A stretch of DNA of 28,649 nucleotides from a virus (Duplodnaviria; Caudoviricetes): positions 1 to 28,649 of IMG/VR virus record IMGVR_UViG_3300037467_000108; one strand, given 5' to 3'. The first letter of the stretch is position 1. Every line of letters begins with the position of its first letter. Both the position numbers and the translations under genes were made by a program. The notes below the pieces were generated by a model, which was not told the origin of the DNA, did no database searches, and worked only from the letters and a program-made list of their open reading frames with translations. Positions 1-9,716 of the stretch are shown here, piece after piece.

Positions 1-2
1 TC

Positions 3-2108
3 GGTCAGTACGAGCGCGCTAGCCTAGGTTCGAGCGTTTCGAGCGGCCCGAGCGTTGGCGGAAACATCAAGCCCGCTGCGCAGGCGATGACCACGCTGGA
101 GATCGACCGTTACAACGCCCTGAATGCGTACTTCGGGCGCCCGCTTGGCAATGAGGTAGAGGACCGCTCGCAAATCGTGCTTCCCGAGCTACGGGACACG
201 GTGGAATGGATCATGCCGACGCTGATGCGTATGTTTGTCGGCTCCGGCAAGCCTGTGCAGTTCGATCCGGAAGCGCCTGGCGACGAAGAGCAGGCCGAGA
301 TTGAAACGGAGGTCGTGAACTGGGTGTTCATGAAGCAGAATCCGGGCTTCTTCATCTTGCACGACTTCTTCAAAGACGCCCTGCTGTTGCGCAATGGCTA
401 CGTCACTTCGTATTGGGTCAAGGAAAAGAAAAGCACGGTTGAGACTTATACGGGCCTGAACGAACAAGAAGTGACGATGTTGCTTCAGACGGATGATGAA
501 ATTGAGGTTCTCGGTCAATCTGAGCGCACGGATACTATCGAGACTACTGCTGGCCCGCAGCAGTACCAGTGCTTCGACATCAAGATTCGCCGTACTAGCG
601 AAAAGGGCCGCGTCTGCGTGGAGTGCGTGCCGCCCGAAGAAATGCGCGTGTCTCCGCAAGCCCGTCACGGGCTGGATGATTCGCCGTTCACGCAGCACAT
701 GCGCACGATGTCGCGCACGGAGGCCAAGGAACAGGGCTTCGACCCGGATAAGGTTGACTCCATCACCGTTGCGCGCCCCGCTTGGCTCGATCTGATCGCG
801 TTGGCCCGTAACGAGGTCACGGACGAGCTGTCCGAAGAGAATCCCGTTGATCCTGCGAGCCAGTTGATCGACATTCGCACGAACTTTGTGCGCGTGGACT
901 ATGACGGCGATGGGATGGCCGAATTCCGCCGCATCGTGATCGGCGGTGATGTGATCCTGGCGAACGACGAGATTGAAGAAAGCTCATTCTCGTACTGCTC
1001 GCCTATCCGGATGCCGCATCGTCATGTGGGGATCAGCTATTACGACCTGTTGAACGATCTGCAGGTCATCAAGACCACACTCTTCCGCCAGGCGCTGGAC
1101 AACATCTACATCTCGAACAACCAGCGCGTTGCCGTGAACTGGAAACAGGTCAACGTGCAGGATCTGTTGGTGTCTCGCCCAGGCGGCATCATCCGCGTGG
1201 ATGGTCCGATTGGCGACAACATCATGCCCTTCCAGCAGCCGTCGAACCTCATGGCGCAGATTCTGCCCGCCATGGAGTATTGCGATCTACAACGCGAGAT
1301 GCGCACAGGCATCGGCAAGGACACGATGGGCGTTGATGCTGATGCGCTGCAAGACGTGACAAAAGGCGGTCAGCTTGCGGCGATGTCTGCAGCCGCTGCC
1401 AAGGTTGAGCTAGTTGCCCGTCTGCTGGCCGAGGGTGTCAAAGACATCTTCCAGAAGATCCACAATCTTCTGCGCCGCCATCAAGACGATGAATTGACGA
1501 TTCGTCTCACCAACAAGCAATGGCTGACGGCGAACCCGTCTGAGTGGCGCGAACGTACCGAACTGGTGATCAATGTCGGCCTTGGTTCTGGCAACCGCGA
1601 GGAAGCCCGAGCGAATGTGATGCTGCTTGGTGCCGCACAAGAGAAACTTGCGCCGTTCGGGCTGGTTGGTCCGAAACAAGCATACGCAACGTTCAAGAAA
1701 GTGACGCATCTGTTGGGCTTTGAGAACGCTACCGAGTTCGCTCTAGACCCGGATTCGCCGGAATACCAACAGATGCAGCAACAGAAGGCGCAGCAGCCGC
1801 CCGATCCGCATGTTCAGGCTGCACAGATCAAGGCGCAAGCCGATCAACAGATTGCGGGTATGCGGCTGCAGACCGAGCAGACCAAGGCGCAGAGCGAGCA
1901 AGCACGCGCACAAACTGAACTTGCCCATGGCGCCCAGCAAGCTCAGGCAGACCACGAAGCACAGATGGCGCAAATCCAGTCGCAAGAGTGGCAAACGGCG
2001 CTCAAGGTCATCGGGCAGATTGTTGCATCGCAACTCAAGCAGAACGCCATGGCTGATGCGGGCCAGATGGTGAATCAGGACATGTTGGAGATTCAGCGTG
2101 GCGCTTGA
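3..2108 (+). CDS. Portal protein (P22-like, C-terminal Q/A-rich coiled coil); 5' end probably upstream of the window
   Basis: Frame is open from position 3 through the ATG at 87; motifs DTVEWIMPTLMR, FFKDALL, PPEEMRVS, RPGGIIRV, VNVGLG; lies before scaffold and capsid. Confidence 0.9.
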   Translation, partial: GQYERASLGSSVSSGPSVGGNIKPAAQAMTTLEIDRYNALNAYFGRPLGNEVEDRSQIVLPELRDTVEWIMPTLMRMFVGSGKPVQFDPEAPGDEEQAEIETEVVNWVFMKQNPGFFILHDFFKDALLLRNGYVTSYWVKEKKSTVETYTGLNEQEVTMLLQTDDEIEVLGQSERTDTIETTAGPQQYQCFDIKIRRTSEKGRVCVECVPPEEMRVSPQARHGLDDSPFTQHMRTMSRTEAKEQGFDPDKVDSITVARPAWLDLIALARNEVTDELSEENPVDPASQLIDIRTNFVRVDYDGDGMAEFRRIVIGGDVILANDEIEESSFSYCSPIRMPHRHVGISYYDLLNDLQVIKTTLFRQALDNIYISNNQRVAVNWKQVNVQDLLVSRPGGIIRVDGPIGDNIMPFQQPSNLMAQILPAMEYCDLQREMRTGIGKDTMGVDADALQDVTKGGQLAAMSAAAAKVELVARLLAEGVKDIFQKIHNLLRRHQDDELTIRLTNKQWLTANPSEWRERTELVINVGLGSGNREEARANVMLLGAAQEKLAPFGLVGPKQAYATFKKVTHLLGFENATEFALDPDSPEYQQMQQQKAQQPPDPHVQAAQIKAQADQQIAGMRLQTEQTKAQSEQARAQTELAHGAQQAQADHEAQMAQIQSQEWQTALKVIGQIVASQLKQNAMADAGQMVNQDMLEIQRGA

Positions 2109-2382
2109 AGAAGAAGTGATTCGCGGTGGCGATGCCGCCCAAGTGCTGGATGCGCCGATCTTCGTAGAGGCCAAGAAGGCCATCGAGGAAGGCATCCGCC
2201 GCCAGATGGCATCTGTGCCGATGTCGGATCAGACCATGCACACGCGATTGATCCTGACTCTGCAAATGTGGGACGCGCTCGAGAAGTATTTAGAGAACAT
2301 CCGCCAGACAGGCCAGATCGCGCAGTTCCAAATCAACCAGCAGGAAGAGCAGAAGAAGCGGTTCCAACTCTTCAGCCGATAG
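2098..2382 (+). CDS. Small phage protein between portal and scaffold
   Basis: 94-aa ORF, GTG start overlapping portal end, GGAG upstream, followed by terminator. Confidence 0.8.
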   Translation: MALEEEVIRGGDAAQVLDAPIFVEAKKAIEEGIRRQMASVPMSDQTMHTRLILTLQMWDALEKYLENIRQTGQIAQFQINQQEEQKKRFQLFSR

Positions 2383-2401
2383 CACTACCAGTTTCACCAA
2401 C

Positions 2402-2426
2402 AAGCCACCGTCAGGTGGCTTTTTTT
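2402..2426 (+). terminator. Rho-independent terminator
   Basis: AAGCCACC-GTCA-GGTGGCTT hairpin followed by T run. Confidence 0.8.
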
Positions 2427-2440
2427 ATTGAGGCGAGCAC

Positions 2441-3499
2441 ATGAGCGATGTGGAAGCGACCACCCAACCGGGCGCCGCAGCCGATACCGAAAGCAAGTTT
2501 CAGAGCTTTTGGGATGCTGGCGCGTTTGATTCGAACGATGAGCCGCCGCGCGAGGATGCGCAGGCTGCTGCAGCTTCTGACGAAGCGCCTCCTGCTGATG
2601 ATGCTCGCGTGGGCGACGATCCGCCTGCTGACGATGCTCCAAAAGGTGATGAAGCAGCAGCGGAAGAAGCGCCGCAGGCACAAAGCCTAGACGAACTGCT
2701 GGCATCCCTGAAGGTTGATCCGCAGGCTGCTCGTGCGCTCAACGTGCCAGTGAAGATCGACGGCGTTGAAAAGCTCGTTCCGCTTCAAGACGTGCTCAAG
2801 AGCTACCAGCTTGAGGGGCACGTCAACAACAAGAGCATCGAACTCAGCAATCAACGCAATCAGTTCGATCAAGAACGCGAAGGCTGGCGCCAAGCCACAC
2901 AACAGGCGTTGCAGCAGCATCAACAAATGGGCCAATTGGCGCTGCAGATGCTGAATCACGATTTTGCGCAGGTCGATTGGAATGCCTTGCGCAATCAAAA
3001 CCCCGGCGAGTTCGCTGCTCTGCAAGCAGAGTACGCCAATCGCCAGCAACAGATTCAAGGCTTCCTGCAGAACGTGCAGGCCCAGCAAGCACAGGAAACA
3101 CAGCATCAGCAGCAATTGCTCCAACAAGCGATTGCGCAAGAACGTGAACGTCTGATTCAAGCCGTGCCCGAGTGGCAAGACTCGAAAGCGTTCACTGAAG
3201 CACAGGGAAAGATGGTGAATTACGCCCGCAGCCTGGGGTTCAAGGACGCCGAACTTAACCAGATATACGACCACCGCTACATGCGAATTCTGCACGATGC
3301 GGCGCGTTATCAGGAGCTCCAAGCGGCCAAACCTCAAGCGCTGAAGCAGGTTCGGCAAGCGCCTCCGATGGCGAAACCGGGATCTCGGACGGATACCAAC
3401 CCGCAAGCGGCGAAACGTCAACAAGTGATGGATCGCCTCAACCGAAATCCTCGCGACGCAGACGCCCAGGCAGCGGCGTTTGAGTTCTTCGCGAACTAG
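2441..3499 (+). CDS. Capsid scaffolding protein
   Basis: Acidic disordered N-terminus, VKIDGVEKLVPLQDVLKSYQ motif, Q-rich coiled coil, DHR motif; immediately upstream of capsid gene; GAGG RBS. Confidence 0.85.
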   Translation: MSDVEATTQPGAAADTESKFQSFWDAGAFDSNDEPPREDAQAAAASDEAPPADDARVGDDPPADDAPKGDEAAAEEAPQAQSLDELLASLKVDPQAARALNVPVKIDGVEKLVPLQDVLKSYQLEGHVNNKSIELSNQRNQFDQEREGWRQATQQALQQHQQMGQLALQMLNHDFAQVDWNALRNQNPGEFAALQAEYANRQQQIQGFLQNVQAQQAQETQHQQQLLQQAIAQERERLIQAVPEWQDSKAFTEAQGKMVNYARSLGFKDAELNQIYDHRYMRILHDAARYQELQAAKPQALKQVRQAPPMAKPGSRTDTNPQAAKRQQVMDRLNRNPRDADAQAAAFEFFAN

Positions 3500-3512
3500 T
3501 CAGGAGTAACAA

Positions 3513-4493
3513 ATGTCTGTTCCGTCAAACACCCTGCAGACCTACACGCAGACCAACATCCGTGAAGATCTGTCGAACCTGATTTTCAACGTCGATCCGT
3601 TCAAGACTCCGATCTTGAACATGACGAAGAAGAACAAGGCCACGCAGAACAACCACGAGTGGGATACCGATTCGTTGGCTGCTCAGAACCTGAGCAACGC
3701 CGCCGTTGAAGGTGACGATCCCACGTCGCAAACGCTGGCCCCGACTGCACGTATGGGCAACTATGTCCAGACGTCCACGAAAGTCGTGCAGATCTCTGGC
3801 AAGTCGCAAGCCGTTGTTTCCGCTGGCGGTTCCAACAAGATGGGCTATCAGCTCATGAAGAAGTCCAAGGAACTGAAGCGCGACATGGAAGGCATCTTGA
3901 CGTACAACAACGCCAAGGCTGCCGGTAACTCGTCCACGGCTTCGAAGCTGGGCGGTCTACCCTGCTGGCTGTACACGAACACCGTGTTCCAAACCGGTGG
4001 TACTCCGGCTGGTGCGAATCCGTCGCTGAACGCCAACGGCTGGACCGATGGTTCGAGCACGCGCACGTACAACAGCGCAACCACGGCCCTGACCGAAACG
4101 ATGGTCAAGTCGGTGCTGCAGAAGATCTACTCGGCATCGGGCGAATCGCCGGAATACGCGATTGTCTCCCCGGTGAACAAGCAGATCATCTCCGGCTTCG
4201 CTGGTCCCGGTACTCGCTTCATCGAAGTGGAAGACAAGACGCTGAAGACCGCTGTCGATGTCTACCAGTCTGACTTCGGCGACGTGAAGATCATCCCGGA
4301 CATCTTCCTTGCCCAGTCGAAGGACTGCTTCTTCGTCAACCCGAACTACCTGCGCGTGGCCTATCTGCGCCCGTTCCAAACGGTGCCGCTGGCCAAGACC
4401 GGTGATAGCGACAAGAAGATGCTGCTCGTTGACTACACGCTGGAAGTGGGCAACGAGAAAGCTCACGGTCTGATCACGGACACGACGGGCTAA
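3513..4493 (+). CDS. Major capsid protein (DUF5309/SU10-like)
   Basis: REDLSNLI..P..TP, HEWDTDSL, NYVQ, KELKRDME, YQSDFG, LAKTGDSDK motifs; strong AGGAG RBS; biased codon usage; terminator follows. Confidence 0.9.
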   Translation: MSVPSNTLQTYTQTNIREDLSNLIFNVDPFKTPILNMTKKNKATQNNHEWDTDSLAAQNLSNAAVEGDDPTSQTLAPTARMGNYVQTSTKVVQISGKSQAVVSAGGSNKMGYQLMKKSKELKRDMEGILTYNNAKAAGNSSTASKLGGLPCWLYTNTVFQTGGTPAGANPSLNANGWTDGSSTRTYNSATTALTETMVKSVLQKIYSASGESPEYAIVSPVNKQIISGFAGPGTRFIEVEDKTLKTAVDVYQSDFGDVKIIPDIFLAQSKDCFFVNPNYLRVAYLRPFQTVPLAKTGDSDKKMLLVDYTLEVGNEKAHGLITDTTG

Positions 4494-4519
4494 GCAGGAC
4501 TCATCCTCTTTGCAATAAC

Positions 4520-4548
4520 GGGGCGGCTTCGGTCGCCCCTTTTCTTTT
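4520..4548 (+). terminator. Rho-independent terminator after capsid gene
   Basis: GGGGCGGC-TTCG-GTCGCCCC hairpin (UUCG loop) followed by TTTTCTTTT. Confidence 0.85.
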
Positions 4549-4560
4549 GGAGAGTCCTAA

Positions 4561-4866
4561 ATGGCTCACTGGGTTCCGATTTCGCCGGTTCGTCCTATTA
4601 CGGGCACCGGTCAAAACCTGACAGTCGGCGCAAGTAGCCAGTCTTCTACTGCGTTTGGCACATCTACGTTTGCTGTGTACGTGTCTACGACTGGTAACTG
4701 TCATCTGCGCCTGGGCACCGGCACCGTCACAGCTACGGCGACTGACTTGCTTGTTAAGGCATCCGACCCGCCGCTACTGCTCAAAGTAGCCCCGGGCGAA
4801 AAGATCGCGGTCATTCAGGATGGAGCATCTACCGGCACTTGCAACGTGATTGAAGTCACGCACTGA
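4561..4866 (+). CDS. Small beta-rich virion protein, possible head decoration/spike base
   Basis: 101 aa, Thr/Gly/Val-rich; GGAG RBS; position after capsid gene; function inferred. Confidence 0.65.
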   Translation: MAHWVPISPVRPITGTGQNLTVGASSQSSTAFGTSTFAVYVSTTGNCHLRLGTGTVTATATDLLVKASDPPLLLKVAPGEKIAVIQDGASTGTCNVIEVTH

Positions 4867-4868
4867 TC

Positions 4869-5153
4869 ATGGCAAACATCACCGTTCATGAAGAGGAAGA
4901 CAAGCTCCACGTCAAGTACTCGGAAGACGTGGAGTCGCTGCTCAAGTACACGCACGAAAAACGCGCTGCAGAAGGTGCATTCGAGCGCATGGGAGAGTTC
5001 AAGCATGTGATGCGCGTTCCCGTGACTGTGATGCTCGACATTCGCACCAAGTATGGCTGGGACTACCAGATCAAGGATCACTGGCCGTACGTCAAGAAGA
5101 TCCTGAGCGGGCCTGAATACGCCATGTTCCGCACGACGAACCGGAAGATCTGA
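4869..5153 (+). CDS. Conserved phage head-module hypothetical protein
   Basis: 94-aa ORF tightly packed in operon; EDVESLL...RVP...FRT pattern typical of genes next to this capsid type. Confidence 0.7.
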   Translation: MANITVHEEEDKLHVKYSEDVESLLKYTHEKRAAEGAFERMGEFKHVMRVPVTVMLDIRTKYGWDYQIKDHWPYVKKILSGPEYAMFRTTNRKI

Positions 5154-5154
5154 C

Positions 5155-5496
5155 ATGCAAAAGTACGTGAACAGCGTTGCCAGTTTGACTGGCGCACCTG
5201 TTGGCGGCGCATTGGTGCAGGTCAACAACTATCCGGGCGGTACGGCTGCAACGATCTACTCTGACAACGGCGTCACTCAAGCAGCCAACCCTCTTACCAC
5301 TGATGCTGTAACTGGATCGTTCTCGTTCTATGCGGCTGACGGCCGTTATCAGCTAATCATTAGCGGTGCGAACATCCAAACACAGACGGTCAATGATGTT
5401 CTGCTAGTTGACCCGCTGCCCGCAGACCTTCCTACTACGCTTCCAGCCGCAGGCGGCGCGCTTTGGAACAACGGCGGCGTTATTTCCGTCTCCTGA
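5155..5496 (+). CDS. Stand-alone particle-attachment domain protein (tailspike/fibre N-terminal-like)
   Basis: ATIYSDNG..ANPLTTDA.TGSFSFYAADGRY resembles N-terminal virion-binding domains of tailspikes; ends LPTTLP..GALWNNGGVISVS. Confidence 0.65.
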   Translation: MQKYVNSVASLTGAPVGGALVQVNNYPGGTAATIYSDNGVTQAANPLTTDAVTGSFSFYAADGRYQLIISGANIQTQTVNDVLLVDPLPADLPTTLPAAGGALWNNGGVISVS

Positions 5497-5497
5497 C

Positions 5498-6547
5498 ATG
5501 ATCAAACGAATTCTGATCGGCGCTCTTCTGACGCCGCTGATGGCGCTTGCCCAAAGTTATCCAAGCCCTACGTTCAACAATCTGACTGTGAATGGTGTTT
5601 TTACGGCAACCGGAAAGGTTGGTCTTGGATCGCTGGCTTCTCAAGCAGCGAACACCGCCGTAGCCAACGTAACTGCTGCCTCAGCTTCGCCTACCGCTGT
5701 CTCTCTTCCAAGCTGTAGCGCAGCCAATAGTGCCATGCAGTACACCAGCGGGACAGGCTTTTCGTGCGGCACCTCGTTTGCGCTTACTACTGGCAACCTT
5801 GGACAATTTTCCAGCACAACATCTGCCCAATTGGGCGCCATCATCTCTGATGAAACCGGGTCCGGCTCCTTGGTATTCGGGACGAATCCCACCATTAGTG
5901 GCGCCACCGTTTCTGGTGGCACGCTTAACAACACCCCGATTGGCCCTACTACTCCAAATACTGGAGCCTTCACAACGCTATCAGCATCTAGCACTGTAAG
6001 CGGAACCGGATTCAGTACTTATCTAGCATCGCCTCCTGCAATCGGTACAACGACTGCGGCTGCGGGAAAATTCACGACCCTTCAAGCGACTGGTGCCATT
6101 ACTCCATCCACCACGGCTGGAATTGTAGGAACAACCGCCGCAGATAGTGCTAATGCTGGCAGCGTGGGTGAGTTTTTTATTTCCGACATTCCATCTGCTT
6201 CTGCCGTCACGCTCACGAGCGGAACATCCGCAAATGTCACTTCAATAACGTTATCTGCTGGCGATTGGGATGTAAGCGGAACGATAGGCTTCACCAGTGC
6301 TGGCTCAACTGTTCGGAGTTACCTTATCGGTGGTGTCAGCACTACAACAGCAACACTTCCCATTGGGGAATTCCGCGCGTCTGTTAATCCTCCTAGCAGT
6401 TCTGCAGTTACTGATGACATATACGCACTACCGGCACAACGCATCAATGTTTCTTCTTCAACCACTTTATATCTGGTGGCGTTGGCCAGCTTTACGACAA
6501 GCACATGTAAAGCTTATGGAGTAATAAGGGCGCGGAGGGTGCGATGA
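5498..6547 (+). CDS. Thr/Ser/Gly/Ala-rich fibre-like protein with predicted N-terminal signal peptide
   Basis: ATG 1 nt after upstream stop (TGA-C-ATG); MIKRILIGALLTPLMALA|QSY; SDETGSGSLVF, IGxTT and GSVGE fibre-like motifs. Confidence 0.75.
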   Translation: MIKRILIGALLTPLMALAQSYPSPTFNNLTVNGVFTATGKVGLGSLASQAANTAVANVTAASASPTAVSLPSCSAANSAMQYTSGTGFSCGTSFALTTGNLGQFSSTTSAQLGAIISDETGSGSLVFGTNPTISGATVSGGTLNNTPIGPTTPNTGAFTTLSASSTVSGTGFSTYLASPPAIGTTTAAAGKFTTLQATGAITPSTTAGIVGTTAADSANAGSVGEFFISDIPSASAVTLTSGTSANVTSITLSAGDWDVSGTIGFTSAGSTVRSYLIGGVSTTTATLPIGEFRASVNPPSSSAVTDDIYALPAQRINVSSSTTLYLVALASFTTSTCKAYGVIRARRVR

Positions 6548-6780
6548 CTGTTTCAAGTGCTGCGGCGACGATCCTGAAAGCAACATTTCAAGGCGGCACA
6601 GGCGCCGGTCCTATCTTAATTGATGGGCTGCAGGTGGGAGATGCAATCGTGGCTCTTGTTCCAGACTCTTTCCTTAACTGGTTTGAACCTGTTGTTTCCG
6701 TGGACAATCAGCTTCAACAAGTGCTTGATCACGATGGAAGTGATGTTTCATTTGTCGTCTATCTGGTCAGGGGCGTGTAG
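6544..6780 (+). CDS. Hypothetical protein
   Basis: 78 aa, ATGA overlap with upstream stop, GGAGG RBS. Confidence 0.65.
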   Translation: MTVSSAAATILKATFQGGTGAGPILIDGLQVGDAIVALVPDSFLNWFEPVVSVDNQLQQVLDHDGSDVSFVVYLVRGV

Positions 6781-6782
6781 AT

Positions 6783-7466
6783 ATGACCATATTCGTCCCG
6801 GCATTAGGCTCCGGAACACCAACCGGCGTTGCTGGTGTCTACGACTACAACTCGCTGAAACAGGCCGTACAGGATTGGTTTGCGCGGTCTGATCTTGGAA
6901 ACTGGATCGACTACTTCATCCAGATTGCCGAGGCTGACATCTATCGCGACATCTTTGCTTTGAATCAGGGTAAGGGTGTGCAACCGATTGAATCGTCGTT
7001 AAACGTGACGATCAGCAATGGCGTTGCTGCTGTTCCATTAGGCTATCTGGGCATCAAGATCGCTCTAGTGTCTATCGGCGGCAACACGTTTGAGGTCGAG
7101 CGGCGTACTCCGGAGTTCATCTACACGCAGTACCCGGACCAAACGGCATCTGGAACGCCGCAATACATGGCTCGCGTCGGACAAAACTTTGTGTTTGGTC
7201 CCTATCCGGACTCGGCTTACACGATCACGGGCATCTATTGGCAGAAATCCAATCAGTTGACCAGCGTGAACAGCACAACGTGGATGACCAACACAATTCC
7301 GACGATTCTGTTAGCCGCTGTGAACCGTGCAGCCGCGAGGTTCAACAAGGATGAAGAGGCTTACGGCGTGTGGGACAGCCTTTACACGCAGCAGCTGCAA
7401 AGCTTCATCCTGGCGGACAAGTCCGAGGAACTGTCAGGGTCATCTATCGCAATGGTGGCTGCCTGA
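6783..7466 (+). CDS. Head-to-tail adaptor / tail tubular protein A-like
   Basis: YNSLKQAVQDWFARSDL..IDYFIQIAEA and GTPQY...FGPYPDSAYT motifs; position before nozzle. Confidence 0.75.
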   Translation: MTIFVPALGSGTPTGVAGVYDYNSLKQAVQDWFARSDLGNWIDYFIQIAEADIYRDIFALNQGKGVQPIESSLNVTISNGVAAVPLGYLGIKIALVSIGGNTFEVERRTPEFIYTQYPDQTASGTPQYMARVGQNFVFGPYPDSAYTITGIYWQKSNQLTSVNSTTWMTNTIPTILLAAVNRAAARFNKDEEAYGVWDSLYTQQLQSFILADKSEELSGSSIAMVAA

Positions 7467-8983
7467 TGCTGCTCCAAATCGCTGATTACGCGCCTGATCT
7501 GCCGCCGAACAACTCAAGCGGTGCCTCTGCCAACATCGTGAACCTCTTTCCGAAAACGAAAGAGTCATGGGGACCGGTCGGGACGCTCTCGCCGTACAGT
7601 GGCAACGCTTTGGCTAGTCAATGTTTGGGTGCCATTGTGGCAATTGACTCTGGGGCTAACAATTACCTGTTCGCTGGGGACCAAAACAACCTGTATGAAC
7701 TGGCTCCGGGGAGTTCCAGTTTCACAACGCTGAACACCAGCCTGTCGCTGCCATCCGGCGAGCGCTGGGCTTTCACGCAATACGGACAGCGCGTGATTGG
7801 AGCTGGTTTCGGCCTGAACCTCAAGTCTTTCACGCTGGGATCTAGCACGCAATTTACCGATCTGGCGACCGGTGCGCCGCAGGCGCGGTACATCACCACA
7901 ATCAAAGATTGGGTGATGGTCGGCAATACGTTTGATTCAACAAACGGTGCCCAGCCCCAGCGTGTGCAGTGGTGTGCGATTGATGACCCAACCAACTGGC
8001 CCGCGCAGGGTAGCGTGACAGAGGCGCAGCTACTGGCTGGATCGCAGATCATTCCAGGCGATCAGGGATGGATACAAGGCATCGTTGGCAACCTTGGCAC
8101 CGCAGACGGTGCCATTTTTTTTGAGCGCGGCATCTTCCGCGTGGTCTTTCAAGGCTCACCAACGGTCTTTGGTTTCTACCCAGCAGAGGGGTCGCGCGGA
8201 ACTCCAGCGCCGAAGAGCATCACGCAACTTGGCGCGCTTGTGTACTACTTGGGCGAAGACGGCTTCTATGCCTTTGACGGTTCAACATCAACGCCTATCG
8301 GTGTAGACCGAGTGGATAAGACGTTCTGGGCCAACGTCAACACGTCCTATCTGGCGAATGTGATTGGAGCAGTTGACCCGATCAACCGTCTTGTGATGTG
8401 GCTTTACCCGTCCAACTCTGCATCTGGTGGCATCCCAGACTCACTGCTGGTCTACAACTGGGCACTGAACAAATGGGGATTCGCACAGGTAAGTGCGGAG
8501 TACATCTTCCGAGCCATCACGCAAGGTTACTCTCTGGATTCGTTGGATACCTATGCGGGCGGGATCTACAACCTTGATACGCTGCCCTTCTCTCTGGATT
8601 CGCGCGTGTGGACTGGCGGTCAGGTGTTGATGGGCGCGTTTAACCCATCTCACAAACTGTCTTACTTCACGGGGTCGCCAGCCAATGCAACAGCAGACAC
8701 GGTTGAACTTGAGCCGTTCGGAAATAAGGGAAACCGAGCCTTTCTGACGAGCACGCGGCCCGTGATTGATGGCGGTACGCCAAGTATTCAGATTGGGACG
8801 CGTAACAGGCTGGTGGATGCGGTGTCATTTGGTCAGCCAAGCGTCATTGACGACAACGGGGAATGTCCCGTGCGTGCTGATGGCAGGTATCTGCGCGCAC
8901 GAATCCAGACAACCGGGTCGTTCAATCATCTACAAGGCATTGAGATCCCGGAAGACTGTATTCACGAGTCGGGGCGGCGATGA
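7466..8983 (+). CDS. Tail nozzle / tail tubular protein B-like (P22 gp10 position)
   Basis: Start reassigned to ATG 7466 (TGATG overlap); about 505 aa beta-rich; RVQWCAIDDPTNW, YYLGEDGFYAFDG, IGVDRVD motifs. Confidence 0.75.
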   Translation: MLLQIADYAPDLPPNNSSGASANIVNLFPKTKESWGPVGTLSPYSGNALASQCLGAIVAIDSGANNYLFAGDQNNLYELAPGSSSFTTLNTSLSLPSGERWAFTQYGQRVIGAGFGLNLKSFTLGSSTQFTDLATGAPQARYITTIKDWVMVGNTFDSTNGAQPQRVQWCAIDDPTNWPAQGSVTEAQLLAGSQIIPGDQGWIQGIVGNLGTADGAIFFERGIFRVVFQGSPTVFGFYPAEGSRGTPAPKSITQLGALVYYLGEDGFYAFDGSTSTPIGVDRVDKTFWANVNTSYLANVIGAVDPINRLVMWLYPSNSASGGIPDSLLVYNWALNKWGFAQVSAEYIFRAITQGYSLDSLDTYAGGIYNLDTLPFSLDSRVWTGGQVLMGAFNPSHKLSYFTGSPANATADTVELEPFGNKGNRAFLTSTRPVIDGGTPSIQIGTRNRLVDAVSFGQPSVIDDNGECPVRADGRYLRARIQTTGSFNHLQGIEIPEDCIHESGRR

Positions 8984-9315
8984 CTGCTGTACAGAAAGGT
9001 TATCAGGGTGTCCAAGAGGTTATTGCTGACGAGAAAGAGCATCGTCGGCAGATCGCACGCCTGGCTAACAGTCTCTTGCAGGGAAAGACCAACAATGTTG
9101 TTCAGGTGACGCTCGCCCCTTCTGCTACGACGACGACGCTCACCGACAAGCGTATCGGCGCAAACACGGGGATCTTCTTTTCTCCACTGACAGCAAATGC
9201 GGCGGCAGCTATTAGCGGGCTTTATGTGTCAGCGCAGACCAACGGCAGCGCCACATTGGCACACGCCAATACGGCCACGACTGACCGCACGTTTAACGCT
9301 CTCCTAGTCGGATAA
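8980..9315 (+). CDS. Small tail protein (needle/plug position)
   Basis: 111 aa, ATGA overlap; helical N-terminus and Thr-rich beta C-terminus; function inferred from position. Confidence 0.6.
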   Translation: MTAVQKGYQGVQEVIADEKEHRRQIARLANSLLQGKTNNVVQVTLAPSATTTTLTDKRIGANTGIFFSPLTANAAAAISGLYVSAQTNGSATLAHANTATTDRTFNALLVG

Positions 9316-9317
9316 AC

Positions 9318-9716
9318 ATGCTCTACGGAATTCCGCACACCGATATTGAGGCGGTGTGGGGGGAAGTATTGCCTTGGATTTCTGCGGCCTGCAAGCGCAG
9401 TCGCGGGAAGTTTGACGCAGAAGACATCAAGCGCGGTTTGCTTGGGCGAGAAGATCAATTGTGGATCTGGCGCACAGAAACATCGTACGCAGTTGGCGTT
9501 ACGCGGCTAGTGAATTACCCGAAGCAGCTTGTTTGCACGATCCGCATCGTGACGGGCCGCAATCGCAAGGAATGGGAAAAGGAATGCATCGCTCAGATTG
9601 AAACCTGGGCGAAGTCGCAAGGATGCGACGCAATGGAATTGCAGGCGCGGCCCGGGTGGGAAGTGGCGCTACCTGATTACGACAAAACCCACGTCTATCT
9701 AGAGAAACCACTATGA
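9318..9716 (+). CDS. Putative GNAT-fold virion assembly protein (P22 gp14 position)
   Basis: 132 aa; QLWIW...IETWAKSQGCDAMELQARPGW pattern; sits just before the ejection genes. Confidence 0.6.
   Translation: MLYGIPHTDIEAVWGEVLPWISAACKRSRGKFDAEDIKRGLLGREDQLWIWRTETSYAVGVTRLVNYPKQLVCTIRIVTGRNRKEWEKECIAQIETWAKSQGCDAMELQARPGWEVALPDYDKTHVYLEKPL

Noticed and set aside
4470-4560. Programmed frameshift/readthrough extension of the capsid protein
   Set aside because: No slippery heptamer near the TAA stop, and a strong terminator follows
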